DNA from: Schizochytrium sp. TIO01
Taxonomy: Eukaryota > Protista > Bigyra: Labyrinthulomycetes
DNA length: 64,000 nt
Direction of reading: 5' to 3'
NCBI GenBank assembly: GCA_004764695.1
Contig: SMSO01000032.1
Coordinates: 6,666,483-6,730,482, forward strand
The notes below the pieces were generated by a model, which was not told where the DNA came from, searched no databases, and saw only the letters and a list, made by a program, of their open reading frames with translations. The position numbers and the translations under genes are program-made. Shown here piece by piece: positions 52,148 to 64,000 of this stretch (its first letter is position 1; the number at the start of each line of letters is the position of its first letter).

Positions 52148-54895
52148 CGAAGTCTTTGACTGTCTCAGTCGAGTCAACTCGAGTTTCGGGTTTGCTTTCT
52201 CAACAGCTCTGCTCGCTCTGCGGGCTCTCCATACTACTCCCTTCTGCCGCCCCAATCCGCTAGGTCCGGATAGGACCCTCCTACCGCGCTCGCTAGCCAT
52301 TTGAGAGTGGCTCAGCGCGTCTTCCAGAGGGGACACATCTGTCGAGTGTCCTTCCTTAGTCAGCGCCACAGTCCCTCAATCCGCCAAGCTCAGCCTCTTT
52401 GCGCCTATTAACGGTGGGGAAAAGAAAGAGTAAAAGAATGAGAGAGGAACTTTAGTCGTGAAACTTTTTTCAGCTTCATCTCCCTCACTGCGCCTCTGAA
52501 AACAAAAAGAAAAAGGCTTTCAAGTAAAAGGAAAAGAAGAAGAAAGAACAAAGGGGAAAAAAGCTGGTGAAGAGAAAGAAGAAAAGGCCCCTCTTCTTCC
52601 TCTTCGCCAAACACTCGCACGAGGTAGGCAGGCACGTCAGCCAGCCAGCATGATAGCAACTCCGAGGCGGAATTGTCAGCGAACCCGGAAAAAGGAGAGA
52701 GAACAGAGCTCTTCGTTCGTTCTTCTCTCCTCTCTTCTGGAATAGACGAATAATTACCCCCTCATTGCGAGGCTTCTGCTCTCTTTGTTGGCTTCATTGT
52801 TTGTCTGTCTGTCTGTCTGGTGCTTCTTCGCTGGTTCAGAGAGTCCCTCTCTCGCCTCGTTTGCCGCCCGTTCCGTCGCGGTCTCTCGAGTTGAGTTGAG
52901 TTGAGTTGAGTGTTGTGCGCCTGTTTCTTAATTATCTCTCTCTCTCTCTGTGTCTGTCTGTTTATCTGTTTATCTGTTGTTTGTCTGTCTTTTGAGAGAG
53001 AGAGAGAGAGAAACAGAGAGAGAGAAAGAGGCACATTCGATGGCCGTCTCTTCAAACTTACTTGCGAGTTACTTTGTGGCCACAATGAGTGCTCCAGCGA
53101 GCCAGAGGCCCAAGCAGCCAATGCAGAGGTGTACGTGGGCAAAGGCGGCGAGAGAGCGACGCCACTTGCAAAAAGTCGCCGCTAATCCACACACAGAAAA
53201 GGTGGCATGGAACAGTTTATTTATTGCGTTCTATTTTGAGAGACCCCTCATTGGTGGATAGATAAACAAACAAACAAACAAATAAACAAACAAACATGAA
53301 ATAGATAGATAATAGCTCCCTCCGCTTGCATCGTAAGAGTTACTCAATCAATCAGATCAGATCAGATCAAGTTAAATCAGATCAAATCAAGCAAGCGACG
53401 GGATGGAGACGCTATCGAGGCTCCCAAACTTTAGTTTCCCCTACCTATTCGAATGCATGCCGAAGTTCGATGAAGAAGTGGTCTCCGAATTCTGAATCCC
53501 GTGCTTCTCTGAAAAACGTTTTTACTTTTTATTTTTAAAATTGAGCTTGAACTATTAATTGCTTTTCTAACTTTAAACAGTGCGAGAGAAAGAAAAAAAG
53601 AAAGAAAAGAATGGAAAGAAAGAAAGAAACCCCTGTGACCGAACTCGAGAAAGGCGCTTCCTTTCTTCTCTTTCGAGTTCGCCGCCATCCACATCCACGT
53701 ATACATCCATCCATCCATCCATCCATTCCTTCATTCCTTCATTCCTTCATTCCTTCGTTCCTTCTCCGTGCGGCCCAGACGGACCTCAGGCAGGGTAGAG
53801 AGGCCTCGCGGTGCGTGGGACTCGAAACGGGGCCCACGGCTGCTCAATTGGGGGCTTTGCAGGGTTGGTTTTATCGACGGTGCTAATAAGAGAGAAATCT
53901 ATGCTCGAGAGGGCATAAACGATGGAACAACCCATAAAGCAAAAAACAACCCATAAAACAATCAATCAATCAATCAATCAAACAAACAAACAAACAAACA
54001 AACAAACAAATAAATAAATAAAGCAATGAACAAATAAATACACAAACAAACAAGCAAAGTCCTGCACAGGAAGGAGGAGAGAAGGAAAGAGACCACGTCT
54101 GAGATCGCTTTTCGCTTTTCTGAGAGGTCTTCTTTGCTCTTTGGTTTGTCCCGTGCCAGAACGGCCGCTGTGCGTCGCATGCATGCCTCTGAGGGACTGA
54201 GAGACAGACAGACAGACAGACAGATAGATAGATAGACAGACAGACCTGCGCCGCAGAGCTCTGCTGGCGTGCCACGAATCGTTGGCGCTGTCTTGAAGAC
54301 AGAAGACCTTCTCTTCTGAAGACAAAGGCGAACTTTCGAATAATTTATTTTCACCATTAAAACTTAATTAATTCAACACAAACTCATCAAACAAAAACAG
54401 TGAAAACAGTCACATTCTCACAGAGACAGAACAGGCTCCTAGCGAGGCCCTATCCACCCCTAAGCTTACGGCGCCCGTTCTCTCCCCTCTCTTTCTCTCC
54501 CAGCTCTTGCGACAGCTCGTTCTCTTCACAGGCCAGTCTTAACGGGACACCTAGCTAGTGCTACCCCCAATCGGGGTTCCGCAGTCTGAGCGACGACGAA
54601 GGGCTCTTTTTCTCTTTCCTTTTCTCCCGTGGCTTACAGTTACACATAGGTGGAGCCTAGTGGCTTGGGATTTCAAACTCGGTTTGAGAGGGAGAAAGAA
54701 ATCAGGAGTGAGTGATTCAGACGCGTGAGAATTCAGTGTCAGTTCTCAGAAAAGGACTGCAAAGTTCGGCACAGCGGCGGCGGAAGTTTGGGCAGTCATT
54801 CATTCATTCCTTCATTCATTCTCACATTGATTGATTGATTGCTTGTTTGTTTGTTGAGGCAGCCACAGGCAGTCAAAAGCAGTCGGGGCGGCTGT

Positions 54896-54977
54896 GGCCA
54901 ATCAATGGTGCGTCGCAGGGCTTTGGGCGGACCTCGCCCCGGGCTGATTTATCGGCGAGTCCGTGAGCTGATTGGCC
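54896..54977. promoter_or_regulatory. Inverted pair of CCAAT boxes in a GC-rich island
   Basis: GGCCAATCA at 54896-54904 and its reverse complement TGATTGGCC at 54969-54977. Confidence 0.35.
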
Positions 54978-56594
54978 GCCCGCACGTGTCTCTGGCTTCA
55001 GTTCCTTCGCTCATTTTGCCGAATTTATCTCTCTCTGTTCTGTCTGTCTAAGCTGTGCATTGTAGTATATGGCATAGATTTTTTTTTTTTTTTAATGTTT
55101 TTGTTTGTTGTTGTTAGAATAAATTGAGAGTACAAATAAAATATTGTGAAATTAAAAAAAGATAAAATGGCAGGAGAAGGGTCGTGGTGGAAAAGAACAG
55201 CATTGGGGATGATTAGAGTAGTTCTAGCGAAAAGAACGACCACGGAAGCGACGAGAAGGCCTCTTTGGAACATCCTCCTCGAGACACCCACTGCTATCGT
55301 TTCGCGTAGGAGGTGCTACGCTTGAAAGAGATACGGGCTGATAAGAGTTCCTAGGATGTGCTAGCCTCGCAGAGTTGGCAAAGCTCAGCGAGACCTGGGA
55401 AGCAAGGAGCCAGAGGGCAGGCCCTCCCTGAGCTTGTATCAAACCGATCGACGCAAAGAACACCTCTGACGAATGAAGTGCGGAGAGTGTTCTAAAGAAA
55501 AAGTAATGAACGAACAGGCAGAATGCAGACAATATAAATATACGGACCAAGTTCAACTTTCGAAGACATCCTTTGCACTGCTGGACGCGGGTTTTCAGCT
55601 CTTTGGCTCAGCTTTCATGCATTCTCTTAGATACTCAGTTCGGCGAATCGATTCATAAACGGATGACTGATTGATCGAGTGGTGAATATTCGAACGAAGA
55701 TCCGAAGGGGAAAGCAGACAGACCTCAAGAAGAAAGCAAGAAAGCAAGAAGCGACACACCGATGGGGTCCTTTCTTTAACGTTTAAGTGCGATTCGTATC
55801 TTTCGTATCTTTTGTACTTTGCTTTTTCAGGTTCTTTGAGTCGTCTGTCACCTTCAGCGCTGTTGATAAATAAATAGCCAAATACAAAGAAGACTCCGCC
55901 ATGGCCATGAGTTTCAAGAAACGAGGGAAACGGTAGCCAGCCCGCCCTCGAAAGCTCGGCAGCACTTGGGAACCATGCACGCACGGGCCACTTCGAACTT
56001 AAGTCAGCATGGCATTGGACGCGAAGACCCAACCAAAGAAACGGCCCACCTCAGTCCCAACTTCTTCTACAACGTTTTCTGTCTTTCTGTCTGTTCAACT
56101 CTCTATCTGTTCACTCTATTTGTTCTATTCCTTCAAGTTGTTCTAACCTGTTCATCTGCACTACTACTACCCCCTACATAGCTAGGCACTAGACAAATCC
56201 ATCCAGTGGGCCACAAGCTTGAACGTCCCCCCCCCCGCCGCCCGACCCCTACTTCATACGGGCCAGAACTCACCCGTTCTATGTTCCAGAGGCTCCAGAG
56301 GTTCTGGGTCCCGCAAGATCTAGGGATTCCGACCGCCTTTGTCCGTCTGGGATTTCTTTGAGTTCATGATGGTACTTGTTCAAGTTAATTAGTACTTAAT
56401 TGGGGGGCTGTCGCGATGGCTGGCTGAGGATATATGTCTCTAGCCAGAGCCAAGATGAAGGCGGAGATCAAGATTGGGAGGCACAGACGCCTCGCCTCGT
56501 TCGAGTTGAAAGGCCATTGAGCTGTTTCCAGGTTTCGTTTGATTGATTGGTTGATTGATTTGCCGTGGTTTTGAGATTTCTTGAAACTTGCGAC

Positions 56595-56646
56595 TTGTTT
56601 TGTTTTGTTTTGTTTTGTTTTGTTTTGTTTTGTTTTGTTTTGTTTT
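56595..56646. repeat. (TTTTG)n microsatellite
   Basis: Directly visible. Confidence 0.95.
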
Positions 56647-56924
56647 ATTTTGTTTGATTACGTATGCTTTCAAGTTTGCTGGTGAGAGTGCCCTCTTCAA
56701 GTTTGATTGGAGACACCAATGTTCCGTGACGAGTGCTCGGGACTGGGACCTCGAGGGCTGCCAACTTCAAAACGGGGGCGGCCTTTGACACGCCCCAGTG
56801 CGCTCATGTCGCGACCAATTGGAGATGCGAGGCCATGGGTCACTAGGGAAACGAAGCGACTTGAGCTTTCGAAGCTGTCTGTTTCTTCGTCTTGACTTGA
56901 ATATCAAAATATCAAAAACGAAGG

Positions 56925-57119
<195 letters not shown>

Positions 57120-60100
57120 CCGCTTAGTTTTGCTATTTTCTTCTGTTTTTAGTTTTGAGGGGTTCTGAAGAGAACGGAACGCGCGGCGGCCACCACCGTC
57201 GCCTTCATCATACTGACTTAATTCTTTTCGTGTTGTTAGAACTAACTCTTTTTAAAATTTGATTTTAAACATTTAAATTTTAAAGTCTTACTTAAAAAAA
57301 GATTTTAAAAAATTAATAAATTTTAATTATAGATAGCAAAATGATTAGAAGGAAAAGCTTAGAAGCCGAAACTTCTGCCTAAGAGGTGCTGGTTCAAGAG
57401 AATAAAAACTCAAATTAGTATTTAAAAAAATCCAACCCGAGCCCAGAACTGCTCGATTTTTGAAATTTGAAATTTGAAATTGCGGAAATGAATTCTGCTC
57501 GTCTCGCAAACGGAGAACTTGAGATCGATCCCTCGGGACCCTAAAGCCGCTGCAGACTCGCAGCTGCGCAGAGACTGCGTCGCGAGACCGTGCCAGGCAC
57601 GGGCGTTCCAAGCGGACCGGCGCAAGAGACGCCTCCCGGAGAGAGAAACGACTGCGCAGCGTTGACGTGGGAGACGAGCTGGCAGGCAGGCAGGCAGGCA
57701 GGCTGGCGCGGCGAACTTCCTTCGTGCCAAGCTCGAGTTCCTCGAGAGCCATAGGGAGCTTGCGAGCGCTCCAGCTAGCTCCAGCCAGCTCCAGGGGGCT
57801 GGAGGAGAGCCAGGTCGAGGAGATACCGCGAGGTTGCAGAAGTCTCAGGGCAACGGGATACATGCAAAGGAGAGCGCCAGCCAAAGATCTTCAAGAAATC
57901 GGTAAATCGATCGATCTTTTCATAACCTTAGGGGGAAAATCATCTCGTATGGCGTGCAAGTGCAAGCAATAGATGATAGGTCCTCAGGACCATCAATGGC
58001 AGCTTCCAGAGCTGGGCATGGCTTTGAGAATAATTTGCTGGAGACTGTCGGAGATAATTCTTTTTTCTTTATCTTCTTTTGGAAAAAGGTGGGATAGCTT
58101 AAATGTTTGCTATCAATCAATCGATCAATGGATTAATCAATCAAAGTATTCAGAGACGGCGAAGATTGAACTTCGAAACGGAAAGTGCCTTGGAGAAAGT
58201 AGGACTGGCGTAAACGTCTTCTTGAGGCGCCTTGATCACGATCTCAACGACTAATGGGCGATAAATGGGGGAGCAAGGTTGAATAGCTTAAGAAAAGAAA
58301 TGAAGGAGCTTCCCCGTCTGCGTCAGTAGAGCCGCTGAACATATTATTTAGTCGAAGAAGTTATAGATTGGTTCGAGAGGCTGAATTCGTACTTAGGCTT
58401 CGTGATTCAGGTGCAGCGACACCGAATTGTGCGGACTAAGGGCAGAGGAATCCCGTCTCCTCCTGCTTCTCCTCGGCACGACCTGCAGGTGGGAGCGTGG
58501 CCGGACATGCCGACAGGTTTTAAGTTCATCGATTGCTAAAAGTACATTCATTTTCCAGTTGCCTGCATACGACAATTTCTTCTCGCTTGTAGCTTGAGGA
58601 GTCACGATCACTATTGCTTCCTCTGATACACTGGCGAAAACATTCCACTTGCGTCGTGTGGTGCTTATAGCTGCTATTTCTAGTGAGACGGGATGAAAAG
58701 AAAAGTGATTGATCAATTTTTGTTACGTTGCTCTCGAATGATACGTACCTTCTTACCTGCTGCGATCTTGACATTGAGCGTAGCGATAATGACAGAGTTA
58801 TGATCCCTGTCCGCGAGTGCTGGAGACCGCTCCATAACAAAACACAAGGACTTGTAGCACCGGGAATCGTCGACCAAGCAAGCAGGCCTTTGCTGTTGGC
58901 TGTGAGTACATACTAAGACTTTGGGGAGGACTGAAGATACCATCCCTCCACTTATGCAGTATGATCGTAGAATATGATCGGTGCTGGTTTGGTTGTGCAG
59001 GTTCGAGTTGGGCTTTAGTTCGTAATTCAGAAGTAGGCTGGCGCCCAACGCATGTTAATTGGAATGGTTTGAATCTAACAATTATATTCAGACTCGAGCG
59101 ACGAACAAGAGCTGTTCATCTCTTCCTAACGGCTACCGCTTAGGTACTCTTCTGAGACAGTTGTTTCGTTATCTTTTCAGGTACAATCAGAAGTACAGGA
59201 TATCTTCTTATTCGTTAGACTGGTATTATTCAAGGGTTTCCAAAAAGATCAAGTACCTCAAAAGCTCATTGACTGTTTAACCTTGGAGAAACTTTGCAAA
59301 AAGTAAAAAAATGAAGTTAAAACTTGAAGTTCGTCTCGTCTACTTTACTACTACTACAATCAGTGGTCATGGGTAGGCCAGGCTTACTTGTGGCAACGAT
59401 TCTATTAGAGAGGGAAAAGTCGGTCGCGAGATCCTACAATTTGCTCCCAAGATTCCAAAGCCAAGGTTGAAGTCAGGATGTCCTCCTCAAGCAGGGCAAT
59501 TTGGATATTGGACTCGAAATTTGTAGCATTGCGGCCACATGCGGCAGATTGAGCGCCTTTACAAAGGCTTTACATTACAGCTGCATTCTTCGCTGGCGAA
59601 TTTGGTCTATTGAGCTCACAAGCCAGTCTTGGGGATGTTGGTGTGAGAAGAAAGTACCGGCTGCGTGAAGAGGTATTTCCACGGGCTCTTAACAATATCA
59701 TGGCAACGGGCCTGGTACTCTTGATAGGCCATTTGTCTACGCTGGCCACGGCTCAAGATGGGGCCGACAGATGCAACAACACGTGGAGCAGTCATGATGA
59801 TTTAGAGCGAGGAATGTGTATTCTTGTTGTTCAATGCAAAAGTCCTGTGGCTTGGGATGATTGAGGTTTTGCTGACGAGCTTTCAAAGATCTTTGCTTCT
59901 TGTGAATGCTTGTGGATAAGCTGTAGAGCTTGTTTCGGGTCTGCTGCTGACTTGCTGCAGGTTTTGATCTCGACGAAGTAATCTTTAATCCGTTGTCCCA
60001 ACTATGCAGTAATGCCATTTGTGTGCTTTAGAACTTGCTTCTACCAGTCTAATAAAATCTCTAACTAATCTTAACCGTCCTGTAAGCATAAATTGTGCAT

Positions 60101-63014
60101 GACTTTCGCCTTAACTATGATTGCCAGACATCCATCTGTTCTCCGTCTCTTGCGCACTCACAAAACTGACTCGTCTCACAAGCACAACGAATACATCCGC
60201 TATATATTGCCACGAATTCTGCCCGATGAACACCTGCTTCACCCTCTTTCGACAACATTATAAATTGTCTTCCCCCCCACTACCAAGGATAACGAAACAC
60301 TGCCAATAATTTCCAGCCAAAGTTCTTCTTCGGTTTTGGGACCTCGGCTCTGCCACTCAAACTCACCCTTGCACTCGTGCAAATAAAACTATCAGTACTA
60401 CGGTCCCCCTCCAAGGCTCCATATTGCTTTTGCTTCGTAGAACCACTTCAAGCGCCCCGGTAGGTACAAGGCTTTACTATCCTCTCCACTAGGAAGGCAC
60501 TAGGGCATCTCGAATCAGCACTTGTAGGTACCAGCAGGAAACAAAACACAAACGGAAGCTGGCCACATCTGATGCGTCCCGCCCGCATCGTCCCAGGTTC
60601 TTCAAGTTCGTCTCTTCATCTTCGCCACCCTGAGAAACAGAAACGAACTGTGTGATTCTCCACTCTCTCGACATGGTATTGGAGTTCAAACGGAACGCGC
60701 TGTCTTCTGGAGAATGGCTAGCCAGCAGGAGGCAGCCAGGCAGGAAGTCTGATCATACAGCATGAGACTTCCCTCTGATTCACCCCCGTCGTGGCGGACG
60801 GCTTGTGCTCCGAGGCAGTACGAGTAAGGCGTGATATTGAATGCATCGTCAAGCAACGCTGCGATCAACGAACACGGTAAGTTGAAGACATAATCAGCTA
60901 ACTTGCCTCATCACGTGCGGCAAGTTGCCTTTGCAAGCACGTGCAGCTAGCTGCTCATGAATATGGTGATGACGTGAAGAAGCTCGAGATCGCCGCTTCC
61001 GCAAGGGTGCCACGAGAAATGAGTGACCCTCGCGGAGCCGGGACCTGGACACCCTAGGAAGTTAGTTGGTGCTTCTTGGCGAACCGTTGGGATGCACGCG
61101 TACGCCGCCGCCTCTTAGATTTCTTTGATGGCTAGAGATTGGGCAATCGAGCGATTGGTCGGTTGATTGGGTGCTTGCGAAAACCGACGCATGCTAACGA
61201 AGAATCAGCAGGAAAACCACCAGCAAGGGTTCTGTCAAGATGCGTGCGTACCTCACTCGGAGTTTACAGCTTCTTGCCGGGTTTTCTGAGTGGACAGCAT
61301 GCTGAGAATCAGTTTGAGTAGCCTGAGATGCTACGAGGAGCGGTCGACGGTGGTGTGTGATTTGCGACAGGGGTTCTTGCACTTAGAACGAGACTTGTGC
61401 AACACGAAAACCTTAGTTTGTACTGTCTGCACTCGCACGAATATGCCCCGAGACGGTAAGTGAATTCACTCGTTCTTGGCCTTGGCTCTGGAGGGCGGCG
61501 TGCGTATCGATTCTCACCAGCATGCGCGGCCTGTTCTGGAGTTCCCTTTGTCCTGTTGGCTAAGTCGGGGGGTGGTGGTGGCTCGATCGACCATGAAACT
61601 TTGAGCAATTGAAAAGGAACGGGTCGACAAATTTGTGGCGATGACGCTGCGCTGGAGTGGGCCGATTGAAGAGAAGACACAGCCAAGGTTCCATCAATTG
61701 GTTTATAGTGCACAAAACACATGGGTGCCGGAATCATCGCCAACTTGATGGTCAAGACCTCTGGCCGTGCTTGACAGTTACATGATCTTGTAGAAAACTT
61801 CAACCAATAAAAACGGCGTCAGAGGCTGCTACCGTGAACGAGGCTCACGGCTCGGTTTCAACACAGGAAATATTTCACGGCAGAACCCATAAATGTAAAT
61901 CGAAGAAAGCTTGAGCAGCACGTGCGAGAGATAGTCAATAGCCACAATACATCATGATAGTAGCACTATAGAAATGGCCTGTAATACAAATGAAAAGCTT
62001 TACACAAAATGTTAAAATGTTTACGTTGGTCCATCGTTTCATGACTTGCTTCAAAAGCTGCGTGCGCTCATGGGAAAAGATAAAAGAGGCCTATCTCGAA
62101 CTCAATGTACAACTATCCTAGTAAATGCATGCTTAACTTCGTTTAAAAGAAAAGAAAAGGAAAATGATGTAGGTTAAGTCCCGGCAGATAAACGCACGAT
62201 GGGATTTTCTTGGCTGTTTTCAAACAGCAAATGATAATAGTGATTTAATCACGAACAAACCTATGAAAAATGAAGATATGAAAAATGAAAAGTTCCTCCA
62301 AATACATAATCAATTCTATTGGGTAGAGACCCTGTCGAAATACAAGTGAAATTCATATAACAAGGTGACTGGTAACAATGCCCTGATAGAACATTGATAC
62401 GATCTGGCAGAATTATAATTCTTTGTGGCGTAAATTTGCCTATACAGTATAGTGGAGTGGAAACATTTATTCTCTAACGCCCACAATGTGTTTGATCATT
62501 TTGATATGATCGCGCAAAATGTATTCCTTAACTGCAAACTTGCCATCGTGCAATGTTGAACGACAACTTGCAAATCCCCTCCATTATTCTACTCTATACC
62601 TCCAGCCAGCCAACTCGACTATTTTTTCCATAGCCCTTGCTCGAACTTGAAATCCCTTTTTCGTCTTCTTAACTGTATCTCCTCGACTCCTGTGATTTCT
62701 TCACTAGCAGTTACCCTCAATTTTCTTGCCCTGCTACAGCTTGAGTTCAACCCATGTATCCCAATCCTGCGTTTTCCAAATGTGGTAGGTTGTAGAACTA
62801 AATTTCTTGACTTGCTTTACTATTTATTACCTAGGTACTTACTAGTGTTTCAAGCAAGGATAGAATTGGGTTGCTGCCAATATTCTTACCATAAAATTTC
62901 TCCTCTTCTCTAATTTATTTTTGCCCATCAAGAGTCCGAATCGCAGTCAAAACCAGGTTCGCCAAGTCTAGGCCCGCAGGTCTAGTGATTGGTGATTGGC
63001 GAGCTGCCTTTGCG

Positions 63015-64000
63015 ATGAGCTTGCTGACGCTGAAGGACCCGTTTGCGAGCGACTTCCCGAGCTTTTTGGAGGAGTCGCTGCAGGCGCCGCTCGCATTCCG
63101 CGCGCTGCCGCCGCCGCCACAGCCCGATGGTCCCCCCAAGCGCGGGCGAAAGCGTGTGCGAAAAGACGCTTTACCATACGAAGTGAGCCTGTGTGCCACA
63201 TTTAGTGGAGCAGGATCGTATGTTACCACCGGAATGATGCGATCTGGCTTCGTGGCGGTGCGGGACCTCATGACAAGACACGTCCTTTTAGCGCAACAGT
63301 GTCATGAAGACAGCGTCAACTCCGTTGCGTATGTCCCGCAACAACGAAGTAAATTACTGGTTACTTGCAGCTCAAATGGTGAGTTCGCAATCTTTGACAT
63401 GGATGGCTTTAAGCGCCGCATCAGGTGGCGCCAAGCTCTGCCTGTAATGAGAGCAACAGTCAGCAAACCACTAGAACCAGCTGAAGAAATGCATGTGGAC
63501 GCTCAAGAAAGTGAGCAGCATAATAATGAAAAAGCTTCTAATGATCTGGATCCAAAAGTTAAAGATACCGAAAACAGCGAATCTAAGGAGGACGATTTTG
63601 AGATAGGAAAGTCGAAGAATGAAGACTCTAAAAATGAAGACGTCAAAATGGAAGACTCCGAGAAAGGAGAGTTGAAGAATGAGGACTCAAAGAATGAGGC
63701 CTCAAAGAATGAGGCCTCAAAGAATGAGGCCTCAAAGAATGAGGGCGAAAAATTGGAAGACTCTAGGAATATTGATGTGACTGCCGATGGCAAACCTTCA
63801 TCCACTGGAGCTGCAACTACAAACGCAAGTGAAAATAACCCTAAAGGAGAGCTAGAGAAAAAGTTGAAAGAAGTTGTCGAAATCCCGAATTCTTCTTCTG
63901 CTTCGTCTTCTTCTCCCAAAGAGGGGCCGGCATCTCAGAAAGTCTTAGCTCCTGGGGGGCAATTTGTATTGCTATGCCGTGCACTGCCGTCGCCTCAGGA
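63015..64000 (+). CDS. RBBP5: RBBP5/Swd1-like WD40 protein (COMPASS subunit), 3'-partial
   Basis: Not in the ORF track because it runs off the window. MSLLTLKDPFASDFPSFLEESL...CATFSGAGSYV...VAVRDLMTR...HEDSVNSVAY...LLVTCS parallels the RBBP5/Swd1 N-terminus. Confidence 0.7.
   Translation, partial: MSLLTLKDPFASDFPSFLEESLQAPLAFRALPPPPQPDGPPKRGRKRVRKDALPYEVSLCATFSGAGSYVTTGMMRSGFVAVRDLMTRHVLLAQQCHEDSVNSVAYVPQQRSKLLVTCSSNGEFAIFDMDGFKRRIRWRQALPVMRATVSKPLEPAEEMHVDAQESEQHNNEKASNDLDPKVKDTENSESKEDDFEIGKSKNEDSKNEDVKMEDSEKGELKNEDSKNEASKNEASKNEASKNEGEKLEDSRNIDVTADGKPSSTGAATTNASENNPKGELEKKLKEVVEIPNSSSASSSSPKEGPASQKVLAPGGQFVLLCRALPSPQ

Overview
Eukaryotic genomic DNA, probably from a thraustochytrid or labyrinthulomycete stramenopile. 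This is inferred from intron-free host CDSs, a sterol C5-desaturase and microsatellite-rich intergenic DNA. Host genes are alpha-SNAP, a FAN/NSMAF-like BEACH-WD40 gene and SDE2 on the left, then a tail-anchored protein, SAP-RCC1, RAD18, ERG3/SC5D, a 66-aa microprotein and a partial RBBP5/Swd1 on the right. Between SDE2 and the next host gene lies a ~19.5 kb, AT-richer, tightly packed and partly decayed block (~7960-27525) that looks like an endogenous large-DNA-virus fragment, possibly mirusvirus-like. It encodes TBP, a frameshifted TFIIB, a heliorhodopsin broken by a 5-bp duplication, a DEDDh exonuclease, a viral-type PD-(D/E)xK endonuclease, an M11-like surface metalloprotease and a 1510-aa CE-clan-like protease with an acidic tail. 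The most striking feature is a pair of intact ~700-aa coiled-coil + PD-(D/E)xK nuclease + kinase paralogs. They share the architecture of fungal Spok poison-antidote drivers and Crinkler REase-kinase effectors. Each carries a mitochondrial-presequence-like N-terminus and a near-identical ~0.7-0.9 kb repeat-bearing upstream region, making them a candidate mobile toxin-antidote cassette inside a viral element. Positions 36.5-63 kb are mostly non-coding, with microsatellites and decayed transposase remnants. No capsid, terminase or polymerase gene is present, so the viral assignment rests on gene content only.
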